Positions 39,666 through 49,173 of a DNA stretch of 64,000 bases are shown here, piece by piece (the first letter of the stretch is position 1; each line of letters opens with the position of its first letter). The stretch spans positions 9,726 to 73,725 of the forward strand of contig JALHDH010000006.1 of NCBI GenBank assembly GCA_022839105.1, read 5' to 3'. The DNA is from a bacterium. Its GTDB lineage: Bacteria; Vulcanimicrobiota; Xenobia; Xenobiales; Xenobiaceae. The notes under the pieces are model-generated. The model was not told the DNA's origin and did not search any database. It saw nothing but the letters and a program-made list of their open reading frames with translations. The translations under genes were made by a program, and so were the position numbers.

Positions 39666-40472
39666 TCAGGAGTCTGCCGGAGTCCGCTCTTCCAGGGTGG
39701 TGCGGATCCGCTCGGAGACCTCTTCGATGGTCCCGGTCCCGTCGATGGCCAGATACTCTCCCTGTTTGCGGAAGTAGTCCATCACCGGCTCGGTTTCCTG
39801 GCGGTAGATCTCCATGCGGTTGCGGATCACCTCAGGGGTGTCGTCGGCGCGCCCCCGCCCTGCCAGGCGACGGGTGACCTCCTCCTCGGGGATCTCCAGG
39901 CCCAGGACCAGGACCCCGCCCCAGCCGAGTTCCTGGCGCATCTCCTCGAACTCCGCGAGCTGCTCGCCCTGCCGTGGGTAGCCGTCCAGGATGAATCCGC
40001 GGGCCGCATCCTCGCGTTCCAGGCGGCTCTGGACCAGGTCGCGGATCAGGGAGGGAGGCGCCAGCTTTCCGCCTCGGGTCTCTTCTTCCAGGCGCTGACC
40101 CAGCTCGGAGCCCGAAGCGACCTCCTGGCGGATCAGGTCGCCCACCGAGATATGGGGGATCCCCTTCTCCTGGCCGAGGAGTTGTCCCTGGGTGGACTTT
40201 CCGCTGCCCGGAGGGCCCAGCAGGACGAAGCGGAGTGCCGCTCCGACCGGTCCGGGAACGGCTCCCGCCGCGGCATCGGAGGCAAGCAGGGAGGCCGTGG
40301 GCATGCCCGGCAGGGTTCCCTGGACGTAGCGCGGGGGCGCGGCGGCCTGAGGAGTCGCCTCGAACCGGTCCGTCACGCGGGTTCCCTGGCTGGTCATCGG
40401 AGCGACGGCTCGCCAGGGGCCGCTCTGCAGGATCGAAGAAAGGGTCGGCCTGGAAGTGCTGATCGGATTCAT
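39666..40472 (-). CDS. adk: Adenylate kinase (short-LID type) with possible ~80-aa N-terminal extension
   Basis: RFVLLGPPGSGKSTQ (P-loop), ISVGDLIRQ, FILDGYPR and the short LID GRGRADDTPEVIRNRMEIY are present. Internal ATGs could give a shorter product. Confidence 0.85.
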   Translation of the reverse strand: MNPISTSRPTLSSILQSGPWRAVAPMTSQGTRVTDRFEATPQAAAPPRYVQGTLPGMPTASLLASDAAAGAVPGPVGAALRFVLLGPPGSGKSTQGQLLGQEKGIPHISVGDLIRQEVASGSELGQRLEEETRGGKLAPPSLIRDLVQSRLEREDAARGFILDGYPRQGEQLAEFEEMRQELGWGGVLVLGLEIPEEEVTRRLAGRGRADDTPEVIRNRMEIYRQETEPVMDYFRKQGEYLAIDGTGTIEEVSERIRTTLEERTPADS

Positions 40473-40653
40473 GGTGCCTTGAGTATAGGCGGGGTCCGGG
40501 CCGGGATCGATGAACTGAAGGTGAACAAAGTCCCTGGTTGAAGACGGGGGGGGGTTCTGCTATGTTCCTACCCGGGTCTGGCCCTTCCCACCCGGTCCCC
40601 GGTGTGCGAGATGCCCGGCACAGGCCCCCAAGGTTTCTGGGAACGCAGAGGGG

Positions 40654-41865
40654 TTGGTCCGGGAATCCGGGCTGCCCGGACGGCGGGCCCCTGCGAGGTT
40701 GCTCTTGCCCTTCTCGAACTCCACTTCTGGCAGGGGGTGCGCCCGATTCGTGCCCTCCGGCGGCCTGCTTCCGCTCGGAAGAGGCCTGGCGGTCTGGCTG
40801 GCCGTCTTGCTCGTCGTGCTCTGGGCCCCCTCGGCCTGGGGGCAGGAACCGCCTGCCGGCATGGAACCCGGGGTCCGAGGGGGCGCGACCATGCCGGGCG
40901 GGGGGATCGAGCCTTTCGGTGGAGGGGGCGGACCCGGCCCCGGCTCCGAACAGTTGATTCCCGCCCGGGGCTCCGAGTCTTCCGGGACCGGGACCGGGAC
41001 CGTGGCCTTCTTCCTGGTGGTGGTCCTGTGCCTTTTCGGTTTCCACCTCTTCACCAGTCACGGCCTGAACTCCAGGATCGATCGCCTGGAGAGGATGGCG
41101 CGCAAGGCGTCCGGGAGCCGGGAGGGCGACGAACTGGTCCCCTTCTCCTGGGATGCGGTCCTGCGCAACCTGGAGGGGGGAGCCCCCTTCCTGCCGGGGG
41201 TGACCCTCCCCCGGCCGGGCGTGGTGCTGGTCGGGGTCTCCCAACCCGAGTTGATCCCCATCCTCCTGGCCAATCTCTCGCACTGCGTCCTGCAGGATCC
41301 CGAGCTGGCCGTCCTGGCCGTGACTCGGAGCCTGGGTGCCGACGAACTGGGAAGACGCCTGCTCTCCCTGGAGACGGGGCGGGACTGGAGGACCCTGGGC
41401 CCGGAGGCCCGGCGCTCCCTGCTCCAGGGAACAGCCCGCGGCCTGCAGCGTTATGAACGCTCGCTCTTCTGCATGACCGATCTGGCCGTGTCCCCACGAC
41501 AGCTCTTCGAGGCCTGCCAGGACCTGCGCAAGGAGGCGGAAATGGGGGCCGTCCTCCTGGACGACCCGGGGGTGCTGGTGGGCGAACCCGATCTGCCGGA
41601 AATCGGGATCCTGGACCATCTCCGGCTCCTGGCCGCACGCTGTCACGTGCCGGTTTATCTGGTCGTCCCGCTCGACTCGCCGGCCTGGCAGGCACGTGAG
41701 GAATTCGACTCGTACGTGGCGATTGCCGAGATACCGCCCGTCGTGGAAGGGCGTCTTGGCCTGCGCTTCCATCGTTTCCCGGGCAGCGCCCCGGAACTGG
41801 AGCTCCGCCTGGACCCGGCCTCCGGACGGCTGGAACCGGCCCGGTCGGTCGGGGACGGCGCCTGA
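40654..41865 (+). CDS. Bitopic membrane protein with cytoplasmic Walker-A-less RecA/DnaB/KaiC-like domain (hypothetical)
   Basis: Signal-like segment LAVWLAVLLVVLWAPSAWG, a Gly/Pro-rich stretch, then the TM VAFFLVVVLCLFGFHLF. LVPFSWDAVL is followed by GVVLVGVSQPELIPILLANL where a P-loop would sit. Later come LLDDPGVL and YLVVPLD strand-like motifs. The start is uncertain (TTG 40654). Confidence 0.5.
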   Translation: MVRESGLPGRRAPARLLLPFSNSTSGRGCARFVPSGGLLPLGRGLAVWLAVLLVVLWAPSAWGQEPPAGMEPGVRGGATMPGGGIEPFGGGGGPGPGSEQLIPARGSESSGTGTGTVAFFLVVVLCLFGFHLFTSHGLNSRIDRLERMARKASGSREGDELVPFSWDAVLRNLEGGAPFLPGVTLPRPGVVLVGVSQPELIPILLANLSHCVLQDPELAVLAVTRSLGADELGRRLLSLETGRDWRTLGPEARRSLLQGTARGLQRYERSLFCMTDLAVSPRQLFEACQDLRKEAEMGAVLLDDPGVLVGEPDLPEIGILDHLRLLAARCHVPVYLVVPLDSPAWQAREEFDSYVAIAEIPPVVEGRLGLRFHRFPGSAPELELRLDPASGRLEPARSVGDGA

Positions 41866-41866
41866 A

Positions 41867-42892
41867 GTGCTCCGCCGAGTGCGTGCCTTTCTGACCCCTC
41901 GGCCCGTTCTGCGGGCCCTGCTGGTGGCGCTGGTGCCCCTGGTGGTCTTCTCCATCCTCATGGAACACCGGATCTCCACCTGGGTGGCCGGCACGGCCCG
42001 GGTCCGGAGCAGTGAGTGGACCGAGTTCCGTCCGCACCCGACGATGTTCTGGCGACTGCGCCCCAACCTGGATGTCGAACTGGCCATGCGGGGCGAGCGC
42101 TTTCGGGTCTCCACCAACTCTCAGGGGATCCGCAGCCCCGAGATCCCCTTCCGGAAGGGAGCGCGGACCTGGAGGGCCTGGTCCCTGGGAGACTCGATCA
42201 CCTACGGATACGGGGTGGATGACGACAAGACCTACCAGAGCCGTCTTCAGGACAAGCTCCAGAGGCTTCACCCGGATCGGGAGATCCAGATCCTCAACGG
42301 AGGATGCCCGGGGTGGACCTCGTTCCAGGCCCGCGAGTTGACCCGTGCGGTCGGCCTGAAGTACCAGCCGGATCTCTATATCCTGGGCTGCGTCTATGCA
42401 GACCCTGCCTACGAGGACAAGTCCGATTCCGCTCGGGTGGACGCCAACCCCCTGGTGCGCTGGTTCCGCCTGGCCCTCTTCCGCAGCGAGTTCTACATGT
42501 TCTTGCGCCAGAGGGTGGTGCGGCGCAGCAACCCCGAGGGGCTCCCGCCGGCGGATTATTCCCTGGCCACGCCCCGGGTGCCCCCCGAGGAGTATCGCGA
42601 GATCCTCAACTGGTTCGTCGGTCAGGCCCGGGCCAGCGGAGGGCATGTGGTCTTCCTGAACCTGGGCAAGCGGGACCCGGATCCTCATCCGGGCTATGAT
42701 CAGTTGCGCAGGATCGCCCAGGAGGTCGCCCGGACGACGGGGAACGCGTGGGTGGACGTGGACGCCATGTTCAAGGAACGCCCGGATCGCGCCAGCCTCT
42801 TTTCCGACCGGATCCACCCCAACGCCAAGGGATTCGAGTTGATGGCCGAGGCCCTGGCCCAGGCCATCGAGGAGAAGGGGTGGATCCCGTGA
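41867..42892 (+). CDS. SGNH/GDSL-family hydrolase, N-terminally membrane-anchored
   Basis: SLGDSITYGYG (block I Ser), NGGCPGWT (block III) and DRIHPN (block V Asp-x-x-His) are present. N-terminal TM is LLVALVPLVVFSIL. GTG 41867 lies 1 nt after the previous stop. Confidence 0.8.
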   Translation: MLRRVRAFLTPRPVLRALLVALVPLVVFSILMEHRISTWVAGTARVRSSEWTEFRPHPTMFWRLRPNLDVELAMRGERFRVSTNSQGIRSPEIPFRKGARTWRAWSLGDSITYGYGVDDDKTYQSRLQDKLQRLHPDREIQILNGGCPGWTSFQARELTRAVGLKYQPDLYILGCVYADPAYEDKSDSARVDANPLVRWFRLALFRSEFYMFLRQRVVRRSNPEGLPPADYSLATPRVPPEEYREILNWFVGQARASGGHVVFLNLGKRDPDPHPGYDQLRRIAQEVARTTGNAWVDVDAMFKERPDRASLFSDRIHPNAKGFELMAEALAQAIEEKGWIP

Positions 42893-44160
42893 GGCTGCGA
42901 ATCCTGCTGATGGCGCTCTGCAGTCTCCTGGCCCTGGCCAACCCCGTCTGGGCCCAGCAGCCAGGGCATCAGGCTTCGACCCGTCAGCCGCACATGTTCT
43001 ATGAGCCCCAGGCCAAGTACCCTCCCCTGGGCGCCATGCAGGCCTTCCGAGAGGGGCTGCCCATGGCCATCGGGTCCGCCCTGGTCTCCCTGGTCCTGGC
43101 CATGTGGTTGACCCGCCCCCTGCCGGAGGTCGAGAGGGCCCTCTACGAGCGTCAGGCCAGGAACAGCCAGCCCGAACCCCCGAAGATTCCACCTCCCCCA
43201 GGGCCCCCGGAACAGGATGCGGTGGACCTCGCAGAGCCCCTCGGGGAGGCTGCGACGCCTGAAGCAGAGGCGGAGCCGGTGTCCGGGCCCGGATCCGAAA
43301 GCCCGCTTCTGAAGGAGGTTCCTGGGCCCGCGGACCTGCCGGTTCTCGATTCTCCGGAAACCCTTCCGTCCGTTCTCAGGCCGGCAGCGCTCGAGCCGTC
43401 GCCCCCGAGGCCGGAGGCGCTCCGTCCCGTGGAGCGCCCTCCCCAGGCCCGCCCCCTCGTCCCGGCCCCTCCCGCAGGGACTTTCGGTTCCACTCGCGGG
43501 ATCCGTCCCCCCTTGGAGACCCCCCTGGTGCCGTTCGCCTGGGAACAGGTCGCCCCCGAGAACATGCTGCCCTTCCGTGAGGGGGAGTTCTGCAACCCCG
43601 GCCTGGTAGTCTACCTGGTGGAGCCGGAGCGGGTGGCGGGGCTCCTGGCAGCCCTGGCCGTGGAACTCCTGCTGGAGTCGCCCGGCAGCCTGGTCCTGGC
43701 GACGGTCTCGGCCGGTCCCCTGGAGGTGGTCCAGTTCCTTCTGGAGGCCGGTCCTGCCACCCCCCCAGCGGAACTCCTGGCCCGCCTGCGTCGGGAGGGC
43801 CGGGCCATGGAGAGGATCGTCCGCCGCGTCTGGACACCTCCCCCGGGAGGAATGCCCCTGGAGGACCTGTTGCGCCGGGCACGCGAACTCCGCGAGGGGC
43901 GCGGCGGTCTGGCCGGAGTCGTCCTCGAACCGCTCACCCGTCTGGAGTTGGGGGGAGGGGAGTTCTCCGCCTGGTTGGAGTGCCTGCACCAGGGGGCGGC
44001 CCTGGCCGGACTCCCACTCTTCATGGTCGCTTCGCGCCGGGGCTTCCCGATCGAGTCCTGCCCGGGGCGGATCCTGACCCTGGGCAAGGCCGAGGTCTCC
44101 CGGATCACGGAATCCCGAGGTCCAGGGAAGGATTCTCCCGGACCTTCGCTGGCCTCATGA
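42889..44160 (+). CDS. Paralog of 40654-41865: signal peptide, TM, Pro-rich linker and Walker-A-less RecA-like domain
   Basis: MRLRILLMALCSLLALANPVWA|QQ, then the TM MAIGSALVSLVLAMWL. LVPFAWEQVA is followed by GLVVYLVEPERVAGLLAALA, which aligns with the first paralog. GTGA overlaps the previous stop. Confidence 0.55.
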   Translation: MRLRILLMALCSLLALANPVWAQQPGHQASTRQPHMFYEPQAKYPPLGAMQAFREGLPMAIGSALVSLVLAMWLTRPLPEVERALYERQARNSQPEPPKIPPPPGPPEQDAVDLAEPLGEAATPEAEAEPVSGPGSESPLLKEVPGPADLPVLDSPETLPSVLRPAALEPSPPRPEALRPVERPPQARPLVPAPPAGTFGSTRGIRPPLETPLVPFAWEQVAPENMLPFREGEFCNPGLVVYLVEPERVAGLLAALAVELLLESPGSLVLATVSAGPLEVVQFLLEAGPATPPAELLARLRREGRAMERIVRRVWTPPPGGMPLEDLLRRARELREGRGGLAGVVLEPLTRLELGGGEFSAWLECLHQGAALAGLPLFMVASRRGFPIESCPGRILTLGKAEVSRITESRGPGKDSPGPSLAS

Positions 44161-45215
44161 GGTTTCTCTCCCGGACCGGCTGGCTGGCGGCCCTCTTCGC
44201 CGTCCAGGTCACGATGCTGGCAGCCCTGCTGGCCTGGTCGGCCAGCGTTCGCGGCGAGATCCGGATGGAACTGGAGGCTCGCCTGCCCGAGCCCGATCCC
44301 GGGATCCACCTGCCGGCCGGGGACTCCCTGGAGACCGCGAGCATCCTGGGCGGCTCAGAGTTTTTGGGGATCGAGCTGCCCACCCCGTTCCGCCGCCATC
44401 TGTCCTACCTGAACGGGCAGATGTTCTGGTTCCTTCTGAAGAGGGAGCCCTCCGCGGGAGCTCCCCTGCTGGGCCTGATCCAGAAGAGCCCAACCGAGCT
44501 GGAGGATTCCGGACGCCTCCAGGAGGGACTCCGAGACGGCGTCCTGAGTTTTCTCTATGATGTGGGCGGGCATCGGGATCTGGCCCGCCAGAACTGGTCG
44601 GCCACCGTGGTCCGCGAACTCCAGGCGCTGCCCCTGCTGCCCTGGAACAAGAAGCTGGATTTCGTGGTCCTGTCCAGTCTGGCTGATACGAGCGTCGGCG
44701 GGCTGGGTTTCATCGCCGACCTCAATCCGGAGATCCTGTTGATCATGCCGGACCACGACCCGGCCCGCCTGGAGGAGCTTCGCCTGTTCCGCCGCCGCCC
44801 CAATGCGGTGATCCTGCCCGTCGGGACCCATCCTCTGCTCCCCGGCCTGTGGGCCCAGGTGCTCGAGGCTCCCGCGGGTTCGGGACACCCGGCGGAACTC
44901 AACCTCCTGGTGGAAGGCAGGGATGGGCGACTGGCGCTCTTCTCGGGGAGTTCCCTGAATCGGCCGATCGACTCCCTGCGTCAGGCGCGGCGGAGCACAG
45001 GGCGGGAAATCCTCCGCTACGTCGGGTCGACGGGCTACACGGTCGGCACGCAGACCTCCGCACTCCAGGACGAAGTCCGGGTTCTGCGTCAGGAGTTCCC
45101 CGAGTTGGTCCTGATCCCCAACGGGGATACCAGCCTGGTGGCCCACGGTCTCCTGGAAGCCCTCCTGGGGGCGCACTATCGGCCAGGCAGTCTGGGGACG
45201 CGGGTGGAGTTGTGA
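44157..45215 (+). CDS. Membrane-anchored hypothetical protein
   Basis: ATGA overlap with the previous gene. N-terminal TM is GWLAALFAVQVTMLAALLAW. DFVVLSSLADTSVGGLGFI vaguely resembles a metallo-beta-lactamase motif-2 region but lacks the His residues. No confident family call. Confidence 0.45.
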   Translation: MRFLSRTGWLAALFAVQVTMLAALLAWSASVRGEIRMELEARLPEPDPGIHLPAGDSLETASILGGSEFLGIELPTPFRRHLSYLNGQMFWFLLKREPSAGAPLLGLIQKSPTELEDSGRLQEGLRDGVLSFLYDVGGHRDLARQNWSATVVRELQALPLLPWNKKLDFVVLSSLADTSVGGLGFIADLNPEILLIMPDHDPARLEELRLFRRRPNAVILPVGTHPLLPGLWAQVLEAPAGSGHPAELNLLVEGRDGRLALFSGSSLNRPIDSLRQARRSTGREILRYVGSTGYTVGTQTSALQDEVRVLRQEFPELVLIPNGDTSLVAHGLLEALLGAHYRPGSLGTRVEL

Positions 45216-47143
45216 ATCTCAAGCGCCGTCTTTCTTTGTCGGAATGGCTGGGCTGGGGGGGGCTCTGCGTGCTGCTGGCCTTGTGGCAGACCTCCGCCTG
45301 GCAGGGACGCTGGACCACCCACTACCTGGGCGCCGGCGAACTGGAGGGCTGGCTCTGGCGCTACTGGTGGCTCAAGATGCTCATGACCGAGGCCTGGACC
45401 ACGCCCGGTGTCGGTCTGGACCTGGCGATCTGGGTCTCCCTGGTGGCGGGAGCCTACCCGGAGACGGGCAACGTCCTGGACCTGCAGGTCCTCTCCTGGC
45501 CCCTGGAAGCCCTGTTCGGAGCCCCTCTCTATCACAACGTCAAGTGCGCCCTGGTCCTGGCCCTCAACGGCATGGCCGGCTACCTCCTGGGGCGGGAGGT
45601 CCTCAAGTCCCGGAGCGCTGCGGCGGTCTGCGGTCTGGTCCTGCTCTTGAGCCCCTACGCGCTGCACGAGATCGCCAACGGCAGGGTTCGCCAGGCCATC
45701 CTGTTTCCGCTGGCCCTGTATGCGCTGCACCTGATCCGGCTTTGGCGCTCGCCCGATGCGGTCCAGGCCGTCTACACCGGGATCTGGGCGGGACTGTGCT
45801 CGGCGGTCTACCTCTATTACGGGATGGGGGTGGCCTTGTTCACGGCCCTCTTCCTGGTCCTGGCCATTCCCTTGGGGGCGGGAGCGCGATTCCGGTTCCC
45901 TCACCTGGGCGCCGGAGTCCTGACCCTCCTGGTCGCGCTGCTGACGGCCCTGCCCTTTGCCTGGGCCTACGTGGACCACTTCTTCAGCGGGCACGGTCTC
46001 TTTGAACTCTCCTGGAAGCGCGATTTTCCGCCCTTGAGCCAGTTGACCTCGCCCGATGTCAACGTGCTCCTCAAGCAGAACGACCAGTTGCTCAACTCCC
46101 TGCAGCGCTTCCGCAATGACTCGCTGCCCTGGCAGTATCCCTTCATGCCGCGCTTCTACCGGGGAATGCCCTGGGTCTTCTCGGTCCTGGCGCTGCTGGC
46201 CATCCCCCTGTGCTGGCGGACTGGTCCGCGTTCGGAGGAGGAGACCTCGTTGCCCCGTGCCCGGGACCTGGTTCCCTGGCTGGGGGGGGCGCTCTTCTTC
46301 TACATGCTGACCCTGGGCCCGTATCTCATCAGCGGCGCGGAAGGTCGCTACGTCGCCTTCGAATCGGGAGGCGTGGCCACGCCCTACGTCTGGTTCTTCA
46401 AGAATCTTCCCGCCTTCTCTCGTCTCTTCTCGCCGATCCGGATGTCCGGGATGATGGTGGTCTGCGTCGGGGTCCTGGCAGGTGCCGCCTTCCAGGCGCT
46501 CGCCACCCGCCTGTCCATGCCTCGAGCCGTGCGCCTGGCTTCGCTGTTGCTGGTGGGCTTGCTGGTGGTCCACGGGATGAAGCTCTCCCGAGCCATCCCT
46601 CTGACAGAGACCGAGATCCTGATCCCGGAGTTCTATCATCGCCTGGCCGAAGAACCCTTCTGCGCCGTGGCCGAACTGCCGTTCCGAACCGGAGACTATA
46701 TCCAGAACTACCAGACGGTGCATGAGAAGAGGCTTCTGGGAGGCTGGTCCGGGGTGACCACGCCTCCGGGCTTTCCCGAGGGGAAGCTCACCCGGCTGGC
46801 CGAGGTCTTCACCGGTCTTCTCGAGAACACGTTCTTCCGCTACCTGGAAAGCCTCAACGCCCATCCCGAGAGCCCATCCGAGTTCACCGAACGGGATTTC
46901 CGCTGGATCGTCCAGAGGTACGGGCTGCGGATGGTGATCGTCCACGAGCGGGGCTACTATCGGGACAGCCCCTTCGGCGGTCGGGAGCAATACGAACTGG
47001 TCCTGGCTGAGCTCCAGAAACACTTCGGCCCCCCCGCCGAGATCCACACCGAGCTGGCCTTCGAACGCCTGGGTCCGAACCATTCCCCCTGGGATCTTGG
47101 CCCCTTCGAATATGAGATGGCCGTCTTCCGGGTCCGGCCCTGA
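45212..47143 (+). CDS. Large polytopic membrane protein with C-terminal soluble domain (GT-C-like candidate), paralog of 49170-51005
   Basis: GTGA overlap with the previous gene. More than 10 hydrophobic segments. It shares WLWRYWWLKMLM and YHNVKCALVLALNGMAGYLLG with the paralog's WVWRDWWFRLMM and AWNLKVGLVLAANALGGYLLG. Confidence 0.65.
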   Translation: MNLKRRLSLSEWLGWGGLCVLLALWQTSAWQGRWTTHYLGAGELEGWLWRYWWLKMLMTEAWTTPGVGLDLAIWVSLVAGAYPETGNVLDLQVLSWPLEALFGAPLYHNVKCALVLALNGMAGYLLGREVLKSRSAAAVCGLVLLLSPYALHEIANGRVRQAILFPLALYALHLIRLWRSPDAVQAVYTGIWAGLCSAVYLYYGMGVALFTALFLVLAIPLGAGARFRFPHLGAGVLTLLVALLTALPFAWAYVDHFFSGHGLFELSWKRDFPPLSQLTSPDVNVLLKQNDQLLNSLQRFRNDSLPWQYPFMPRFYRGMPWVFSVLALLAIPLCWRTGPRSEEETSLPRARDLVPWLGGALFFYMLTLGPYLISGAEGRYVAFESGGVATPYVWFFKNLPAFSRLFSPIRMSGMMVVCVGVLAGAAFQALATRLSMPRAVRLASLLLVGLLVVHGMKLSRAIPLTETEILIPEFYHRLAEEPFCAVAELPFRTGDYIQNYQTVHEKRLLGGWSGVTTPPGFPEGKLTRLAEVFTGLLENTFFRYLESLNAHPESPSEFTERDFRWIVQRYGLRMVIVHERGYYRDSPFGGREQYELVLAELQKHFGPPAEIHTELAFERLGPNHSPWDLGPFEYEMAVFRVRP

Positions 47144-47175
47144 CCTGGCTTCCAAGGTGGGGAACTCTTGAGAGG

Positions 47176-49173
47176 ATGGCGAAGGCCGCCGGCATGCTGC
47201 GCTCGCTCTTGACCCTCTTCCTGCTCTTCGTGCTGACCGGGGCTTCCTGGTGCCAGGAACTCCTGGAGGTCCAGTTCCGGTTCACCCCCTCCGGGAGTCC
47301 CCGGACCGTCTCGGTGGTGGGCTCATTCAACGGCTGGAGCCCGGAGGCCCACCCCATGTCCGACCCCGACGGGGACGGAACCTGGGAGGCGATCCTGGAG
47401 CTCGAACCGGGCCTTTATACCTACAAGTTCCTGGTGGACGGAAGGGCCTGGTATCCCGACCCTGCGGCTGGAGAACAGGCCGACGACAACTTCGGAGGGG
47501 TCAATTCGCTGCTGCGGGTGGGCGAGGTGGGCCAGGGGAGCCCGGCCGTGGCCCTCCGCCACGGAGCCGGTCCGCAGTACTGCAACCGGTTGCCTGACGG
47601 AAGGGTCCGGGTGCGCCTGCGCACGCCGCCGGGAGTGCGCGCCGAGGAGTGGGAGGTCGTCACGCCTTCCAAAAGGCTCCGCCTGGAGCCGGGCTGGAGC
47701 GATGGCGTCTTTTCCTATCCCCAGGCCCGGCTTCGCCCCGGGACGCGGATCTACTGGTTCCGCCACAAGGACGCCTGGCTGGGAGCCTCGGGCCTGGGCC
47801 GCTTCCCAGGCCGCCCCTTCGTGGTGCCCCAGGGCCCCCTCTTCCAGACTCCTGGATGGGTCTCGCAAGCCGTCTTCTATCAGGTCTTCCCCGAGCGCTT
47901 CGCCAACGGAGACCCCTCCGGGGACCCTCCGGGGACGCGGCCCTGGGGCGACCCTCCCGAGAACTTCAACTTCTTCGGCGGCGACCTGGTCGGGTTGACC
48001 AGCCGTCTCGACGAACTCCAGGACCTGGGGGTCGGGGCACTCTATCTGAATCCGGTCTTCGAGGCTCCTTCCAACCACAAGTATGACACGACGGATTATT
48101 TCCGGATCGACCCGGCCTTCGGGACCGAGCTGGATTTCCGCCATCTGGTCGAAGAGTCCCGCCGTCGGGGGATCCGCATCGTCCTGGATGGCGTCTTCAA
48201 CCATTCCGGGACCGGCTTTTTCGCCTTCCAGGACCTGGTTTCCCGAGGGCAGGAGTCGCCCTTCCGTTCCTGGTTCTTCGTCGAATCCTTCCCGATCCGG
48301 ATGGAGCCCAAGCCCAACTACGAAGCCTGGTGGGGTTTCTCCCACCTGCCCAAGCTGAATACCGGTGAACCGGCAGTCCGCGAGTACCTTCTGAAGGTGG
48401 CGACCTGGTGGATTCGCGAGTTCGGGGTCGCCGGGTGGCGCCTGGACGTGCCCAACGAGGTGCCCCACTCCTTCTGGAAGGAGTTCCGCGCCGCAATCAA
48501 GACCGTGGACCCCGAGGCCTACATCACCGGCGAGATCTGGAGCGATGCCTCTCCCTGGCTCCAGGGGGACCAGTTCGACGGGGTGATGAACTACCCGGCC
48601 CGGGCCGCGATCCTCGACCTGCTCACCGGAAAATCTGACGGTCAGGCCTTCCTGCTGTCCATCCAGAAGACCCTGCTGCCCTATCCGGAGCAGGCCCACG
48701 GGGCCCTGCTGAACCTGTTGGGGAGTCACGACACTCCGCGGATCGCCACCCTGCTCGAGAAGGACCAGACCCGCCTGGCCCTGGCCGAGGTCCTCCAGTT
48801 CACCCTTCCCGGGACCCCGATGATCTACTACGGGGATGAGATCGGAATGGAGGGAGGCAAGGATCCGGATTGCCGCCGATGCTATCCGGTGGATCCCGAG
48901 GCCGGGGATCGCCGGCAGAGGGAGCGCCTGGCGCACCTGGTCTCCCTGCGCCGGGACCTGGCTCCCCTGGTCCAGGGGGACTTCCATCCGCTCTTTGCCG
49001 AGGGGCCCGCCCTGGCTTTCGAACGGCGGTTCTTGGATCAGGCGGTCCTGGTGGCCGTCAACGCCGGATCGGAACCGGCACGGATTCCCGGGCTTCAGGG
49101 CCGGGATCTCCTGAGCGGGGATTCCCTTGCAGGAGTCCTGCCGGGCCGTTCGGCAGCGGTCCTGTCGCGATGA
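47176..49173 (+). CDS. Secreted GH13 alpha-amylase-family enzyme with N-terminal CBM48/E-set module (neopullulanase/cyclomaltodextrinase-like)
   Basis: Signal peptide MLRSLLTLFLLFVLTGASW. CBM48-like segment VSVVGSFNGWSPEAHPMSDPDGDGTWEAILELEPGLYTYKFLVDG. GH13 regions are I DGVFNHSG, II GWRLDVPNEV, III GEIWSD and IV LLGSHDTPR. Confidence 0.9.
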   Translation: MAKAAGMLRSLLTLFLLFVLTGASWCQELLEVQFRFTPSGSPRTVSVVGSFNGWSPEAHPMSDPDGDGTWEAILELEPGLYTYKFLVDGRAWYPDPAAGEQADDNFGGVNSLLRVGEVGQGSPAVALRHGAGPQYCNRLPDGRVRVRLRTPPGVRAEEWEVVTPSKRLRLEPGWSDGVFSYPQARLRPGTRIYWFRHKDAWLGASGLGRFPGRPFVVPQGPLFQTPGWVSQAVFYQVFPERFANGDPSGDPPGTRPWGDPPENFNFFGGDLVGLTSRLDELQDLGVGALYLNPVFEAPSNHKYDTTDYFRIDPAFGTELDFRHLVEESRRRGIRIVLDGVFNHSGTGFFAFQDLVSRGQESPFRSWFFVESFPIRMEPKPNYEAWWGFSHLPKLNTGEPAVREYLLKVATWWIREFGVAGWRLDVPNEVPHSFWKEFRAAIKTVDPEAYITGEIWSDASPWLQGDQFDGVMNYPARAAILDLLTGKSDGQAFLLSIQKTLLPYPEQAHGALLNLLGSHDTPRIATLLEKDQTRLALAEVLQFTLPGTPMIYYGDEIGMEGGKDPDCRRCYPVDPEAGDRRQRERLAHLVSLRRDLAPLVQGDFHPLFAEGPALAFERRFLDQAVLVAVNAGSEPARIPGLQGRDLLSGDSLAGVLPGRSAAVLSR

